Both the position numbers and the translations under genes were made by a program. This document shows positions 1 to 10,410 of a stretch of DNA of 64,000 nucleotides, one piece after another. The number at the start of each line of letters is the position of its first letter. The first letter of the stretch is position 1. The DNA comes from Opitutales bacterium (GTDB taxonomy: Bacteria > Verrucomicrobiota > Verrucomicrobiia > Opitutales > PNEW01): contig CBDANS010000007.1 in assembly GCA_965197745.1 (NCBI GenBank), positions 1,888,001 to 1,952,000 of the forward strand. The letters run 5' to 3'. The notes beneath the pieces were generated by a model. The model searched no databases and had not been told where the DNA came from. It saw only the letters and a list, made by a program, of their open reading frames with translations.

Positions 1-1
1 G

Positions 2-508
2 GCACGGACGGGCTGGTTTCCTATCGGCGGATTTACTTCGATCGAATATGAATTCATGAGTGCCCCCCGCCAATTCTTTGATATCATTGCCCATTTGATT
101 CTTCCCTCACTAGTCATCGGAATTGGCAGTATCGCGAGTATCATGCGTATCATGCGCGCTAATTTTCTCGACGCTATTCGCGCAGAATACGTCACGACGG
201 CGCGCGCAAAAGGTGTCCAGGAGGGTTATGTAATGTTTAAACATGTCCTACGCAATGCCATCAACCCGCTTATCAGCGCTTTCGGATTTGCTTTGTCCGC
301 ATTGTTAAGCGGGTCCCTTCTCGTTGAAATAGTTATGAATTATCCCGGACTAGGGCAACTCATCTACCAGTCCCTGCTTCGAGAAGACCAGTTTGTGGTT
401 CTCGCCGCCATCATGATGAGCTGCACCCTCCTTGTCTTAGGAAATCTAATAGCCGACATCTTTCTTGCGTGGTCAGACCCGCGGATTCGTCTCGAACAAA
501 AGAGTTAA
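2..508 (+). CDS. oppB: Peptide ABC transporter permease (OppB/DppB-like), 5' truncated by window edge
   Basis: Open frame from base 2. EAA-loop motif 'AEYVTTARAKG...KHVLRNA' and C-terminal 'DPRIR'. Confidence 0.85.
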   Translation, partial: ARTGWFPIGGFTSIEYEFMSAPRQFFDIIAHLILPSLVIGIGSIASIMRIMRANFLDAIRAEYVTTARAKGVQEGYVMFKHVLRNAINPLISAFGFALSALLSGSLLVEIVMNYPGLGQLIYQSLLREDQFVVLAAIMMSCTLLVLGNLIADIFLAWSDPRIRLEQKS

Positions 509-510
509 AG

Positions 511-1554
511 ATGAAACGCAGCATATTCAAAGAATTACTCAGCCGTCCCCTTGGATTAACGTGCTTTATCATACTGGGGGTACTCTATTTATGTGCGATA
601 TTCGCGTCTTTTTTAGCGCCTTATACTACCGCAGAACAGAATCTCAATAAAACCTACCACCCACCCACGAGTATTCTTTGGAAAGAGGGAGGATGGCACG
701 TAAAAATTTATGAGAATGTAGATCCAACCGCTGCTAAATATGAATACTCGGATGGCAATACCGCACCGATTCGTTTTTTCGCCAAGGGGTTTTCTTATAA
801 ATTCCTGGGCCTTATTCCTGCTGATCGTCATCTGTTCCAGGTTGATGATGGAAATAAAATATACTTACTCGGGAGCGATTCTACAGGTCGTGATACCTTC
901 TCCCGACTTCTTTTTGGTTCACGTATTTCTCTCAGCATCGGGCTCGTAGGAATTTCCATTACCATGTTCATGGGTTTCATTGTTGGTGGGCTCTCAGGCT
1001 ATTACGGGGGCAAACTGGATTTTTGCGCCATGCGCCTCGTAGAATTTCTTATGGCTATACCCGGGCTCTACCTCTTACTGGCACTGCGTTCCGCCCTGGT
1101 CCATAAGTTCGAATCAGCGGAAATGTATTTTCTCATCGTTATTATCCTCGCTATCATCGGATGGGCAGGAACCGCGCGCATCATTAGGGGACTGTCTCTC
1201 TCCATACGCAGTCGCCCCTTTGTCCTTGCCGCCGAATCCATGGGACAGTCGAGCACTAAAATACTATTCAAACACATTCTCCCAAACCTCACGAGCTACC
1301 TTCTCGTTGCCGCTACCCTGAGTATCCCCGGTTACATATTAGGTGAGGCAGCCTTGAGCTTTCTCGGTCTGGGAATACAGGAACCTTCAGCTTCCTGGGG
1401 CCTCATGCTCTCGCAAGCTCAGGAGATGAAAGTATTTATGCTGAATTTCTGGTGGCTGTTGACTCCGGGGTTCGCTATTTTTATTACAGTTATTGCCTTT
1501 AATGTCCTCGGTGATACTTTGCGCGATATCGTCGATCCAAAGATGAAAGTTTGA
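511..1554 (+). CDS. oppC: Peptide ABC transporter permease (OppC/DppC-like)
   Basis: 'LGSDSTGRD', 'EAALSFLGLG', 'GDTLRDIVDPK' motifs. ATG at 511 just after the upstream stop is preferred over the ORF start at 469. Confidence 0.88.
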   Translation: MKRSIFKELLSRPLGLTCFIILGVLYLCAIFASFLAPYTTAEQNLNKTYHPPTSILWKEGGWHVKIYENVDPTAAKYEYSDGNTAPIRFFAKGFSYKFLGLIPADRHLFQVDDGNKIYLLGSDSTGRDTFSRLLFGSRISLSIGLVGISITMFMGFIVGGLSGYYGGKLDFCAMRLVEFLMAIPGLYLLLALRSALVHKFESAEMYFLIVIILAIIGWAGTARIIRGLSLSIRSRPFVLAAESMGQSSTKILFKHILPNLTSYLLVAATLSIPGYILGEAALSFLGLGIQEPSASWGLMLSQAQEMKVFMLNFWWLLTPGFAIFITVIAFNVLGDTLRDIVDPKMKV

Positions 1555-1586
1555 AATGATTATGCAGTCATTTATTAATATCAATA

Positions 1587-2435
1587 ATGGAAGAATCTGA
1601 ACAACCCCTTCTCCAAGCCAAAGACCTGGAAATAACCTTTCAAGGACGCAACGACAAGACTGAAGCCGTGCGCGGTATTTCCTTTTTCCTGAGAGACGGC
1701 AAGGTCCTTGCCATTGTCGGAGAAAGTGGCAGTGGCAAGAGCGTAACGGCCCTCTCCCTTACCCGCCTTCTTCCCGAACCGCCAACCTGCACCGTAAGCG
1801 GTGAAGTGTTGCTTTTGGGTAAAGATCTATTAACCGCTAGTAATAAAGAGATCTGCCGGGTTCGGGGAAAAGAGATCGCTTATATTTTCCAGGAACCCTC
1901 AACTTCGCTCAACCCTGTCTTTTCCATCGGCTACCAGATAGCTGAAGCGATTAAACTCCATTTACCTGAAGTTAAAAATGTTCAAAAACGGGTCATTGAC
2001 TCGTTGAAGAGGGTTGGTATTCGCGATCCGGATAAACGATACAAGGATTATCCGCACCAGCTCAGTGGCGGGATGCAACAACGTGTGATGATTGCCATGG
2101 CTCTTGCCTGTGAACCGCGAATTCTCGTAGCTGACGAGCCCACAACCGCACTCGATGTTACCATTCAAAAACAGATCATGGATCTCTTGAAAGAGCTTAA
2201 AGATTCCCTCGGCATGTCGATTATACTTATTACCCACAATTTTGGAATTATCTCCGATTTTGCCGATGATGTCATCGTCATGTTCCGTGGAAAAATTGTT
2301 GAATCCGGGCCTGTTGAAACCATTTTGGATAACCCTCAGCACCCCTACACAAAAGCGCTACTCGCGTGCATACCACATATCGGGAGAGAACAACACCGCC
2401 TCACTACTATTGATTACGCATTACTCGATGAATGA
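1587..2435 (+). CDS. oppD: Peptide ABC transporter ATP-binding protein
   Basis: Walker [17 protein letters not shown] signature, DEPTTALD, 'HPYT'. Confidence 0.9.
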   Translation: MEESEQPLLQAKDLEITFQGRNDKTEAVRGISFFLRDGKVLAIVGESGSGKSVTALSLTRLLPEPPTCTVSGEVLLLGKDLLTASNKEICRVRGKEIAYIFQEPSTSLNPVFSIGYQIAEAIKLHLPEVKNVQKRVIDSLKRVGIRDPDKRYKDYPHQLSGGMQQRVMIAMALACEPRILVADEPTTALDVTIQKQIMDLLKELKDSLGMSIILITHNFGIISDFADDVIVMFRGKIVESGPVETILDNPQHPYTKALLACIPHIGREQHRLTTIDYALLDE

Positions 2436-2495
2436 CAGCCTCAATATTACCTCATAGCGAAGTTTAACCGATTCCATAAGATATAAAATACCTAC

Positions 2496-3317
2496 ATGGC
2501 TGAAACAAAAGAACCTGAATCATTATTGGAAGTTTATAACCTGAAAGTGCATTTCCCGGTTATGAGCGGGTTGCTCCGCCGGGTACATGATTCTATTCGT
2601 GCTGTGGACGGTGTCACTTTCAAGGTCAACCGTGGGACAACCGTTGGGCTCGTAGGTGAAAGCGGCAGCGGGAAAACAACAATTGGACGTTCACTCGTAA
2701 AACTGGCCCCGGTCACCGAAGGAAATTTTTACTATGACGGTGAAGAAATATCGTCAATGAGCGTAAAGGCCTTTTTCCCTTACAGGAAAAAAATCCAAAT
2801 GATTTTCCAGGATCCGTATAATTCTTTAAATCCACGCCTGACTATTTATCAGATAATCTCAGAACCGATGGAAATCCATTTCGCGGATTGGGATAAATCC
2901 CGCAAACGTAAACGCGTGGAGGAATTACTGGACAGGGTTGGGCTGGAACCCGCTCATATCGACCGATACCCCCACGAATTCAGCGGAGGACAAAGGCAGC
3001 GTATTGGCATCGCCCGCGCCCTTGCGGTGGAGCCAGAGTTTATTATCTGTGATGAACCGGTAAGCGCTCTTGATGTTTCGGTCCAGGCTCAAATTATTAA
3101 TTTGCTCCAGGACTTACAGGAAGAGCTAAAGCTCACTTATCTTTTTATCGCCCATGATCTCGCTGTGATTGAACACATCAGCGATTATGTTCTCGTAATG
3201 ACCGAGGGGAAAATCGTCGAACAGGCCGAAGCTAAATCAATATACCAGGCTCCCCAGGATAGTTACACTAAAAAATTACTGGCGGCCGTACCTAAACTAT
3301 CAACTCAATCAGGCTAA
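2496..3317 (+). CDS. oppF: Peptide ABC transporter ATP-binding protein
   Basis: GESGSGKT, FSGGQRQR, DEPVSALD. Confidence 0.9.
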   Translation: MAETKEPESLLEVYNLKVHFPVMSGLLRRVHDSIRAVDGVTFKVNRGTTVGLVGESGSGKTTIGRSLVKLAPVTEGNFYYDGEEISSMSVKAFFPYRKKIQMIFQDPYNSLNPRLTIYQIISEPMEIHFADWDKSRKRKRVEELLDRVGLEPAHIDRYPHEFSGGQRQRIGIARALAVEPEFIICDEPVSALDVSVQAQIINLLQDLQEELKLTYLFIAHDLAVIEHISDYVLVMTEGKIVEQAEAKSIYQAPQDSYTKKLLAAVPKLSTQSG

Positions 3318-3323
3318 GGGTCA

Positions 3324-4316
3324 TCACCCTCCTGTCTTTTCCTTTTCAAAACGGGCAACAATAAATCCGCCAATTAGTATTTGCAAGGGGTGGTAACACA
3401 TGAGGGGGAGCAGGATAAGCCCGAGCTCCGGTGCGCCTGGTAAATTACCTGTTGAGGATAATATCGATGTTGCCATGGGAACACCAGCGGCAAGCGTCTT
3501 CTGCGAAGCGCAAAAGAAAGCGGTTATTCCACTGGGGTAGTTGAATTTCATTAATTTGATACTGCCAAAGGCTGATACTTTAACGAAGATCAATAAAATA
3601 AAGGAAATAACAATCGATGATAGGACGATAGATACTCCCTGCTCTTGCCATACCCCGCTTTTAACAGAACCGCAAAATGCGACATAAAGCATATAAAATA
3701 TCATACCCATATTAAACCTGCCGATTGCCTTTCGGTATGCCTGGGCCATAGGCTTCAATAATGGCCGAAGACATTGACCTATAATCATGGGGAGCAGCAA
3801 TAGCATTGCGATGCGAAGAAGGAGCGGTGCCAATGGTATTGACTGTCCCGTAGCGCTTGATAAAAGCCAGGCAGACCAGGTAGGGACAATAAATACCCCT
3901 AGAATATTCGACAGCGAGGTATTGAATATGGCCCCACCCACATTGCCGCCCGCCAGGCTTGAAAATAAAACAGCGGTGGAGATGGTCGTCGGAAGCATAG
4001 CGAGAAACAAAAACCCTATGCGCAGATCGGGACCTATGTGGTGCCCCAGTAAAAGGATCAACAATTGTGCCAAAAGGGGCACGATGATAAAATTATAACC
4101 TTGGATAAAGAGATGCAGTCGCCATTCAAGAAAATCTTTTTTTAATTCTTCCGTAGGCAGTAATATTCCTTGGAGAAAAAAAATCGCGAATACGGCGACT
4201 TTAGTTGTTATTTCGCTTCTTAACAATCCACCCCGAGCTCCCACCTCAGGGAAAAGCCAGGCAGCGCCAATTGAAACTAGCAGGCCTAATAAAAATCCAT
4301 TAATGGGGAGTTTCAT
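3324..4316 (-). CDS. Bile acid:sodium symporter family (SBF-like/YfeH) membrane protein
   Basis: Multi-TM protein with 'LPTTIS', 'GGN', 'SQKTLAAGVP', 'YHPLQ' motifs. Start chosen at MKLPING. Confidence 0.8.
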   Translation of the reverse strand: MKLPINGFLLGLLVSIGAAWLFPEVGARGGLLRSEITTKVAVFAIFFLQGILLPTEELKKDFLEWRLHLFIQGYNFIIVPLLAQLLILLLGHHIGPDLRIGFLFLAMLPTTISTAVLFSSLAGGNVGGAIFNTSLSNILGVFIVPTWSAWLLSSATGQSIPLAPLLLRIAMLLLLPMIIGQCLRPLLKPMAQAYRKAIGRFNMGMIFYMLYVAFCGSVKSGVWQEQGVSIVLSSIVISFILLIFVKVSAFGSIKLMKFNYPSGITAFFCASQKTLAAGVPMATSILSSTGNLPGAPELGLILLPLMCYHPLQILIGGFIVARFEKEKTGG

Positions 4317-4414
4317 TTTATATAAAATTATGGGGTAACCACTCGAATGGTGGGCAAAACCAGCTATCAACATCCTTCGATTGGGAATTATTTTCTCAAT
4401 CAAAAAATGTGTTT

Positions 4415-5986
4415 TTATACCATCGCGCTATTTTTCCAGCGATCAAGCAAACTTTCAATCAGCAAGCGAAGTTTCTTTAGTTCATCGAATTGGAGAATCC
4501 AAAGGAGGCTGAAATATACTGCTATGGCCACAGGAATTAATAGACATACGGCAACAAGAGCTGCCTGTTTGCAATCGGTAATCCATAACTCGATACCCAT
4601 CCAAGCGAGGATGGTGAGAATACTCATGATTCCACCGGCCATTAAGATTTTACTAATGGCCATCCTCATATTTCCTGTCCCCAATTCCGGTGTTTTACGC
4701 ACCAGTAACCAGTATAAAATCAGGGTGGGAAAGACCGTAGAGATAACATTGGCCAGAGCTAATCCAATTACCCCTAGAGGCCACATTAAGGTTAGGCTGA
4801 ATACCAGGTTGAGTATTAAATTCAATACCGATACCCGGACCGGAGTCCGCGTGTCCTTCAAAGCGTAAAAGCCGCGAATTATCAATGTCCCTGTAGCGTA
4901 AAATGGAAGCGCTAAAGCTAAAGTTGCAACCACGGGCATGGTTTGAATCACGTCCTTTGACTCGAAGACACCCCACACAAATAAAAGATTAAGGATGGGT
5001 TCGCGCAAAATGATCAACCCCATACTGGCTGGAATGGTGATCGCGAGGATCATTTTCAACCCCTGATAGAAGGTATGGGTAAAGGCTGGTAAATTATTTT
5101 TAGCAGCGAGTTGAGAAAGCGAAGGGAATATCACCGTGGTCACGGCAATAGCAAATACGCCTAGAGGCAGTTCAAGGAAACGGTTAGCTAAATATAGAAT
5201 AGAGACCGCAGCATCATCCAACGAGAAGGCGAGAATCCTGTTTACGACAATGTTAATCTGATAGATCGCGGCCCCGGCAAGTCCGGGTAAATATAAAAAG
5301 AATAGCTCTTCCATGCGCGCTGATGATCGGGTGTCAAAGCGCGGTTTCCACCCCTCTCGATTTAAAGAAAGTGCAGGAAGGATGACTTGCAGGAGACCGC
5401 CTAAGATCACTCCACCACACAAAAAAGCAATGCGGTCGATGGGCTTATCGGCGATGAAAATACCAAAAACACCCAGTGAGATAATCATTGAAAGATTGAG
5501 CCAGACAGGAGAAAGAGCCGCTATCGTAAATCGATTTAATATATTCAAGCCGGCATGGATAAGAGCCGCGGTACAAATTAAAACCAGATAGGGCAGCAAC
5601 ACAATACCCAATCCCGCACCAAGATACCATCGCTCATCTAAACCCGTTTTCAAGCGCAGCAAGTAGAGAATGACTCCGAGAGCTATTACTACGATAAAGA
5701 GGATAAATAATACTCGCGTAAGCACTTGATTGAGGAAAATAAAAGCACCTTTTTTCTGGTTTTCTTCTAATTCCTCCGCCAACATGGGAACTAATGCTGC
5801 GTTAAGTGCCCCTTCCCCCAGGAGACGTCGGAATAAATTAGGCAAAGTGAAAGCCAGTAAAAATGCAGAATTTAAAGCCGTGGTTCCAAACGACGCAAAA
5901 ATCAAGATATCGCGGAGTAAACCTAAGACTCTCGAACCAAAAGTAGAAATAACTACGGATAAGATATTTAAAAATTTATTGGCCAT
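4415..5986 (-). CDS. murJ: Lipid II flippase MurJ (MviN)
   Basis: 'SRVLGLLRD', 'LPNLFRRLLGEGAL', 'ANRFLELPLG', 'FYALKDTRTP'. Confidence 0.95.
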   Translation of the reverse strand: MANKFLNILSVVISTFGSRVLGLLRDILIFASFGTTALNSAFLLAFTLPNLFRRLLGEGALNAALVPMLAEELEENQKKGAFIFLNQVLTRVLFILFIVVIALGVILYLLRLKTGLDERWYLGAGLGIVLLPYLVLICTAALIHAGLNILNRFTIAALSPVWLNLSMIISLGVFGIFIADKPIDRIAFLCGGVILGGLLQVILPALSLNREGWKPRFDTRSSARMEELFFLYLPGLAGAAIYQINIVVNRILAFSLDDAAVSILYLANRFLELPLGVFAIAVTTVIFPSLSQLAAKNNLPAFTHTFYQGLKMILAITIPASMGLIILREPILNLLFVWGVFESKDVIQTMPVVATLALALPFYATGTLIIRGFYALKDTRTPVRVSVLNLILNLVFSLTLMWPLGVIGLALANVISTVFPTLILYWLLVRKTPELGTGNMRMAISKILMAGGIMSILTILAWMGIELWITDCKQAALVAVCLLIPVAIAVYFSLLWILQFDELKKLRLLIESLLDRWKNSAMV

Positions 5987-6163
5987 GAGAGTGGTGAACC
6001 GTATGGGGGAAATAGTTAAATCAAGGTCTGATGAAAGAAAAAAGACCAGATGCCCACAATTAAATTCTTCATATCATTATGCAGATTCACAGATCCGCAT
6101 AAAAATTCCGGCATAAATCTGACACTTCTCGACTTATACTCCAGGATATCAGACAAATCCCTT

Positions 6164-6502
6164 TTAGCGACGGCGTCTTTTTTTTACAACAATATCAACG
6201 GCCTTGTCTAATCGGGAAAAAAGAAACACCCGGTGAATAGCTGGACTTGAAATGTGTATTTTCATTGAGTTCCCGGCTTTCTGGACTTGCTTCACAATAT
6301 TTAATATCATGTTCAAGCCCATCGAGTCGATTATCCGAGCAGAGTTTAGGTCCAGTTTTAATTTTTCCCAGCTCGCCGTTTTATGCTTGGTAAAAATTTT
6401 ATTGATCTTACCGCTAAGCTCTTCGGCATTGGTGCTTAGGATGTCACCTTTTATCGTAATGGTCAACGTAAGCTTAGATTTATCTAAAGCCCCCGTGATC
6501 AT
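6164..6502 (-). CDS. STAS-domain anti-sigma-factor antagonist
   Basis: 112 aa with 'LDLNSARIIDSMGL' (phosphoacceptor DSxG). Start overlaps the stop of the upstream REC-PP2C-kinase gene. Confidence 0.85.
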   Translation of the reverse strand: MITGALDKSKLTLTITIKGDILSTNAEELSGKINKIFTKHKTASWEKLKLDLNSARIIDSMGLNMILNIVKQVQKAGNSMKIHISSPAIHRVFLFSRLDKAVDIVVKKRRRR

Positions 6503-8073
6503 TAATCATTAATATTCAAATTGAGTTCGAAGATAAGACTGCTCCCCTCATTTTCAATGAAACATTCATCACAAAGATTATCTATGAGAGCTAATCCCAA
6601 GTGGGAACCGTCCAGCCAGTCCATGTTCTCCGCTCTTTTAGCGACATCAAAACGATGACCATGGCCGGGATCGTCGATGCGTACCCGAACTCGTCCTATT
6701 TGAGAATTCACGGTAACATGAAAAGTGCAGGTTTTTTCCGGTGATTTGTCGCATCCATAAATTAAAGCGTTCAAGATTGCTTCCCGACAACAGAGCAGTA
6801 TATCGTATATTTTATCCCCCAATTCCTCTGATAGTGAAAACTGCAGGCTGCGTCGCCATATCCCCTGAAGCCGGTCTATGTCTTTATACTCGTTCCCCGC
6901 ATACTGCTCATAAATGAGCGGTTGATATAAATTATCAGGTTCTGTCTCTTGATCGATTTGATAACGCATGACTAGAATATCATCTTGAGGTTGGCTTACG
7001 ATTCGATTGCAGACTTCTTCACTTGAGGATAATAGTTTATAGATGAGACTGAATGGATCAATCCTTAAATGATCTGCATAATCTGTTAGCCCGTCGGTAC
7101 AAATATAAAAATAGGATAAGCCATCGAAGCTTAAGGATTCGATTCCGAAGGCTTCAATGGGAAACCATCCAAGAGGGGAAAAACTCCTGATAATGCGATC
7201 GCAATGTCCATCTCGATAACAGATCCAGGGAGGAGGAAAACCGCAATTTATGATATGCACTTTTCGCGATTTATATTCCACCACCGCTGCGCAAACTGCC
7301 AATGACGCATGGACAAAATATTTTTCGGAATCAGAATCATCGTCAGTCGGAGTCCATTCTTTACCCAAAATACGATTGAATAATTGAAGGACATCTTGAA
7401 GTGATGTGTTGTGCTCCAGTAAACCACGCATCATCCCCTGAAAATAAGCAGAAACAAAAGCGGCTTGAACATCATGACCGGAGACATCACCCGCTAGAAA
7501 AAGATATCTTTCTTCGCCTATAGGAAGAACATTGATAAAATCTCCGCCCACTTCATAGAGAGGGCGGAAGTAATACTTAAAATAGGGCAAAATCTCCGGC
7601 GCACGCACCGCCTGGAAGATCTGATCCATCTTGCCCACTGCGCGTACTTCCTGATCTGTTGAGAGTAACTGCCGATTCCGGATCGTTTTCTCAACTCCCC
7701 TGGATATTGCCTCAGCTAAAGCCTGTCGGGTTACAGGTTTTTCAAGATAATCACTCGCTCCACTTCGAAGCGAATCACGGACTAAATTTTTTTCCCCTTC
7801 GGCAGTGACAATGATTGTTGATAGACTGCTGTCCCCTCTCTTCACCCAGTCAAGCAAATCGAGTCCGGATTTACCCGGCATTCGGAAATCGGTCAGGATG
7901 CAATCAAACTCCAGGATCCCTTCCGCCTCGATTACTGCTTGTGCTTCATCAACACTGGTTGCCGAAAATACATGATAATCCATTTTTTTCAGGCACATGC
8001 TGAAAAATTTCAGACCCGATAAATCATCATCAACGACCAGTATCGTAGGCTTATTGTCCTGTGGATATATCAT
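6502..8073 (-). CDS. Response regulator receiver + SpoIIE/PP2C phosphatase + RsbW-like HATPase kinase fusion
   Basis: REC ('VVDDD', 'DFRMPG', 'EKP'), PP2C ('GGDF', 'GDVSGH', 'TDGL', 'DD'), kinase ('EAILNALIYG', 'DPGHG', 'GLALI'). Confidence 0.85.
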   Translation of the reverse strand: MIYPQDNKPTILVVDDDLSGLKFFSMCLKKMDYHVFSATSVDEAQAVIEAEGILEFDCILTDFRMPGKSGLDLLDWVKRGDSSLSTIIVTAEGEKNLVRDSLRSGASDYLEKPVTRQALAEAISRGVEKTIRNRQLLSTDQEVRAVGKMDQIFQAVRAPEILPYFKYYFRPLYEVGGDFINVLPIGEERYLFLAGDVSGHDVQAAFVSAYFQGMMRGLLEHNTSLQDVLQLFNRILGKEWTPTDDDSDSEKYFVHASLAVCAAVVEYKSRKVHIINCGFPPPWICYRDGHCDRIIRSFSPLGWFPIEAFGIESLSFDGLSYFYICTDGLTDYADHLRIDPFSLIYKLLSSSEEVCNRIVSQPQDDILVMRYQIDQETEPDNLYQPLIYEQYAGNEYKDIDRLQGIWRRSLQFSLSEELGDKIYDILLCCREAILNALIYGCDKSPEKTCTFHVTVNSQIGRVRVRIDDPGHGHRFDVAKRAENMDWLDGSHLGLALIDNLCDECFIENEGSSLIFELNLNIND

Positions 8074-8279
8074 CAGATCATGATAAAATTATGGCCTTTT
8101 TCCCGGGATAAAGGTATCATTTTATGGGTATCTAATTTCCGTTAACAAATACTTTATAGCGAATAATGGATTAAATAAAATCCAAAATACTAAATAATAT
8201 AATTTACCGGAATTTCACCTGTCCGGTTACGCAATTTCGATTGCTCTCTGACCGATAATCGACAATTTAAATAAAGCTA

Positions 8280-8891
8280 ATGAATAAACGCATGGAACTA
8301 TTATTAGAAAGGCATCCTTCTTTGGTATCTTGTCAGAATGAAATTCTACAGGCATATGAAATCTTGCAAGAAGTGTATTCCCATGAAGGAAAACTTCTCA
8401 TCTGTGGAAATGGGGGCAGTGCGGCAGATAGTGATCATATCGCAGGCGAACTGCTTAAAGGATTCATGCACACACGCCCGCTCGATGACTCCTGGAAAAT
8501 GAAATTAGGGACTGATCTCTCAGATAAACTGCAAGGCGCATTGCCGACAATCCCCTTAACTGGGTTTAATGCATTTCAAAGCGCTTATAACAACGATTGT
8601 GATCCTCTTTACAACTACGCCCAATTAACTTGGGCTCTCGGTCGACCTGGAGATTCATTCCTGGGTATCAGCACCTCGGGCAACTCTAAGAATATAATCT
8701 ACGCAGCCAAGGTAGCGCGGGAAAAAGAACTGAAGACTATAGGATTGACGGGTAACAGTGGAGGCGCACTCTTACATGAGGTAGAAGTTTGTATTCGCGC
8801 TCCGGAATCTGATGTTTACAAGATACAGGAATACCACATCCCCATCTATCATTGTTTATGTCTTATGCTGGAAGATTTCTTTTTTGCTTGA
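8280..8891 (+). CDS. gmhA: Phosphoheptose isomerase / SIS-domain protein
   Basis: 'CGNGGSAADS', 'ISTSGNS', 'IQEYH'. Confidence 0.82.
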   Translation: MNKRMELLLERHPSLVSCQNEILQAYEILQEVYSHEGKLLICGNGGSAADSDHIAGELLKGFMHTRPLDDSWKMKLGTDLSDKLQGALPTIPLTGFNAFQSAYNNDCDPLYNYAQLTWALGRPGDSFLGISTSGNSKNIIYAAKVAREKELKTIGLTGNSGGALLHEVEVCIRAPESDVYKIQEYHIPIYHCLCLMLEDFFFA

Positions 8892-8904
8892 GCAAAAATG
8901 ATCA

Positions 8905-10341
8905 GTGAAGCTGCAAAAAGATCCTAAACTTCATATACCGGCGGATCTATATGATTCCTGCTGCCGTGTATTTGAATTGGTAGCTGATGCCTCCGGTCAG
9001 GCATTTCTAGTCGGAGGATGCGTGCGTGATGCATTGCTGGGGCATTCGTCAAAAGATATTGACATCGAGGTCTACGGATTGGAAGAGAAGCAATTAGTAA
9101 AGCTACTCCGGCAACATTTTCAAATTTCCGAAATTGGTAAATCATTCGGCATTTTAAAAATTCAAGGAAGTAGCATTGATATCGCCCTTCCCCGAAGAGA
9201 ATCCAAATCAGGTTCAGGTCATAAAGGTTTTAATGTTCAGGGAGACCCCGCGCTTACCCATACCCAGGCTTCATCGCGGCGGGATTTCACGATGAATGCT
9301 ATCTTGTGGGACTTTTTAAAGGGTGAGTTCATAGATCCATTCAACGGACGTAGAGACTTGCAGGACGGCATTTTACGCCATACGAGCAATCATTTTTCGG
9401 AGGATCCGCTTCGTGTCCTACGGGCTATGCAATTTGCCGCCCGTTTTAATTTAAAAGTAGCCCCGGAAACTATTGATCTATGTAAATCCATCTCTCCTGA
9501 ACACCTTTCAGCTGAACGCATTTATGAAGAGTGGAAAAAACTTATCACCAAGGGAGAGACTCCCTCATTGGGGCTTAATTTTCTTCAGGATTGCGGATGG
9601 ATACGACATTACCCGGAACTGGATGCCATGGTTGGGTGCAAACAGGATCCCGATTGGCATCCAGAAGGTGATGTCTGGACACACACCCTACATTGCATGG
9701 ATGCTTTTTCCAGGGGCCGATTGGAGGATTCCTGGGAAAATCTCATTGTTGGCTTTTCCGTTCTCTGTCATGACATGGGTAAACCGGCTACCACGAAACT
9801 AGAGTGCGGTCGAATACGATCACCCGGTCATGAGTCGGCGGGCGCATCTGTAACGCGTGTTTTTCTGGCACGAATGACCAGACAGAAGGCTCTTATTGCT
9901 GCTGTTGTACCCCTTGTTGCCAATCACTTGCGCCCTCTCGAATTCTTTCAAACACAAGCGGGAGATTCTGCCATACGCCGACTGGCTCGTAAAGTAAAGC
10001 GGATAGATCGATTAATACGAGTGGCTAAAGCTGATATGCAAGGGCGCCCTCCCAAGGAGGCACTTGATTTTCCCGCAGGGGAATGGCTTTTGAGTCGTGC
10101 TGAATTACTTGAGGTAAGCGATACTGCGCCAAAACCTATAGTCCTCGGTCGCCACCTTATTGAACTTGGATTTAACCCCGGTAGATTATTCAGCGTTATA
10201 CTTGAAGAATGCTACAATGCTCAGCTGGATAGTAAATTCAATGATCTGGAAGGGGGGAAAAAACACGCTCTATTTATTGCTGACGAATTGGATATACATA
10301 ACCCAGATAAAAACATACCCCGCAGAGATCATTCTCTATGA
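8905..10341 (+). CDS. cca: CCA-adding tRNA nucleotidyltransferase with HD domain
   Basis: 'VGGCVRD', 'DIDIE', 'RRDFTMNA', 'EDPLRVLR', 'WHPEGDVWTH', 'HDMGK'. Confidence 0.88.
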   Translation: MKLQKDPKLHIPADLYDSCCRVFELVADASGQAFLVGGCVRDALLGHSSKDIDIEVYGLEEKQLVKLLRQHFQISEIGKSFGILKIQGSSIDIALPRRESKSGSGHKGFNVQGDPALTHTQASSRRDFTMNAILWDFLKGEFIDPFNGRRDLQDGILRHTSNHFSEDPLRVLRAMQFAARFNLKVAPETIDLCKSISPEHLSAERIYEEWKKLITKGETPSLGLNFLQDCGWIRHYPELDAMVGCKQDPDWHPEGDVWTHTLHCMDAFSRGRLEDSWENLIVGFSVLCHDMGKPATTKLECGRIRSPGHESAGASVTRVFLARMTRQKALIAAVVPLVANHLRPLEFFQTQAGDSAIRRLARKVKRIDRLIRVAKADMQGRPPKEALDFPAGEWLLSRAELLEVSDTAPKPIVLGRHLIELGFNPGRLFSVILEECYNAQLDSKFNDLEGGKKHALFIADELDIHNPDKNIPRRDHSL

Positions 10342-10410
10342 TACATATTGAGCTAGTGGATAGATCTCATAGCCGCGCGCGTTTTCTCCGGGTGGTTTAA
10401 TTTAAGCCAC

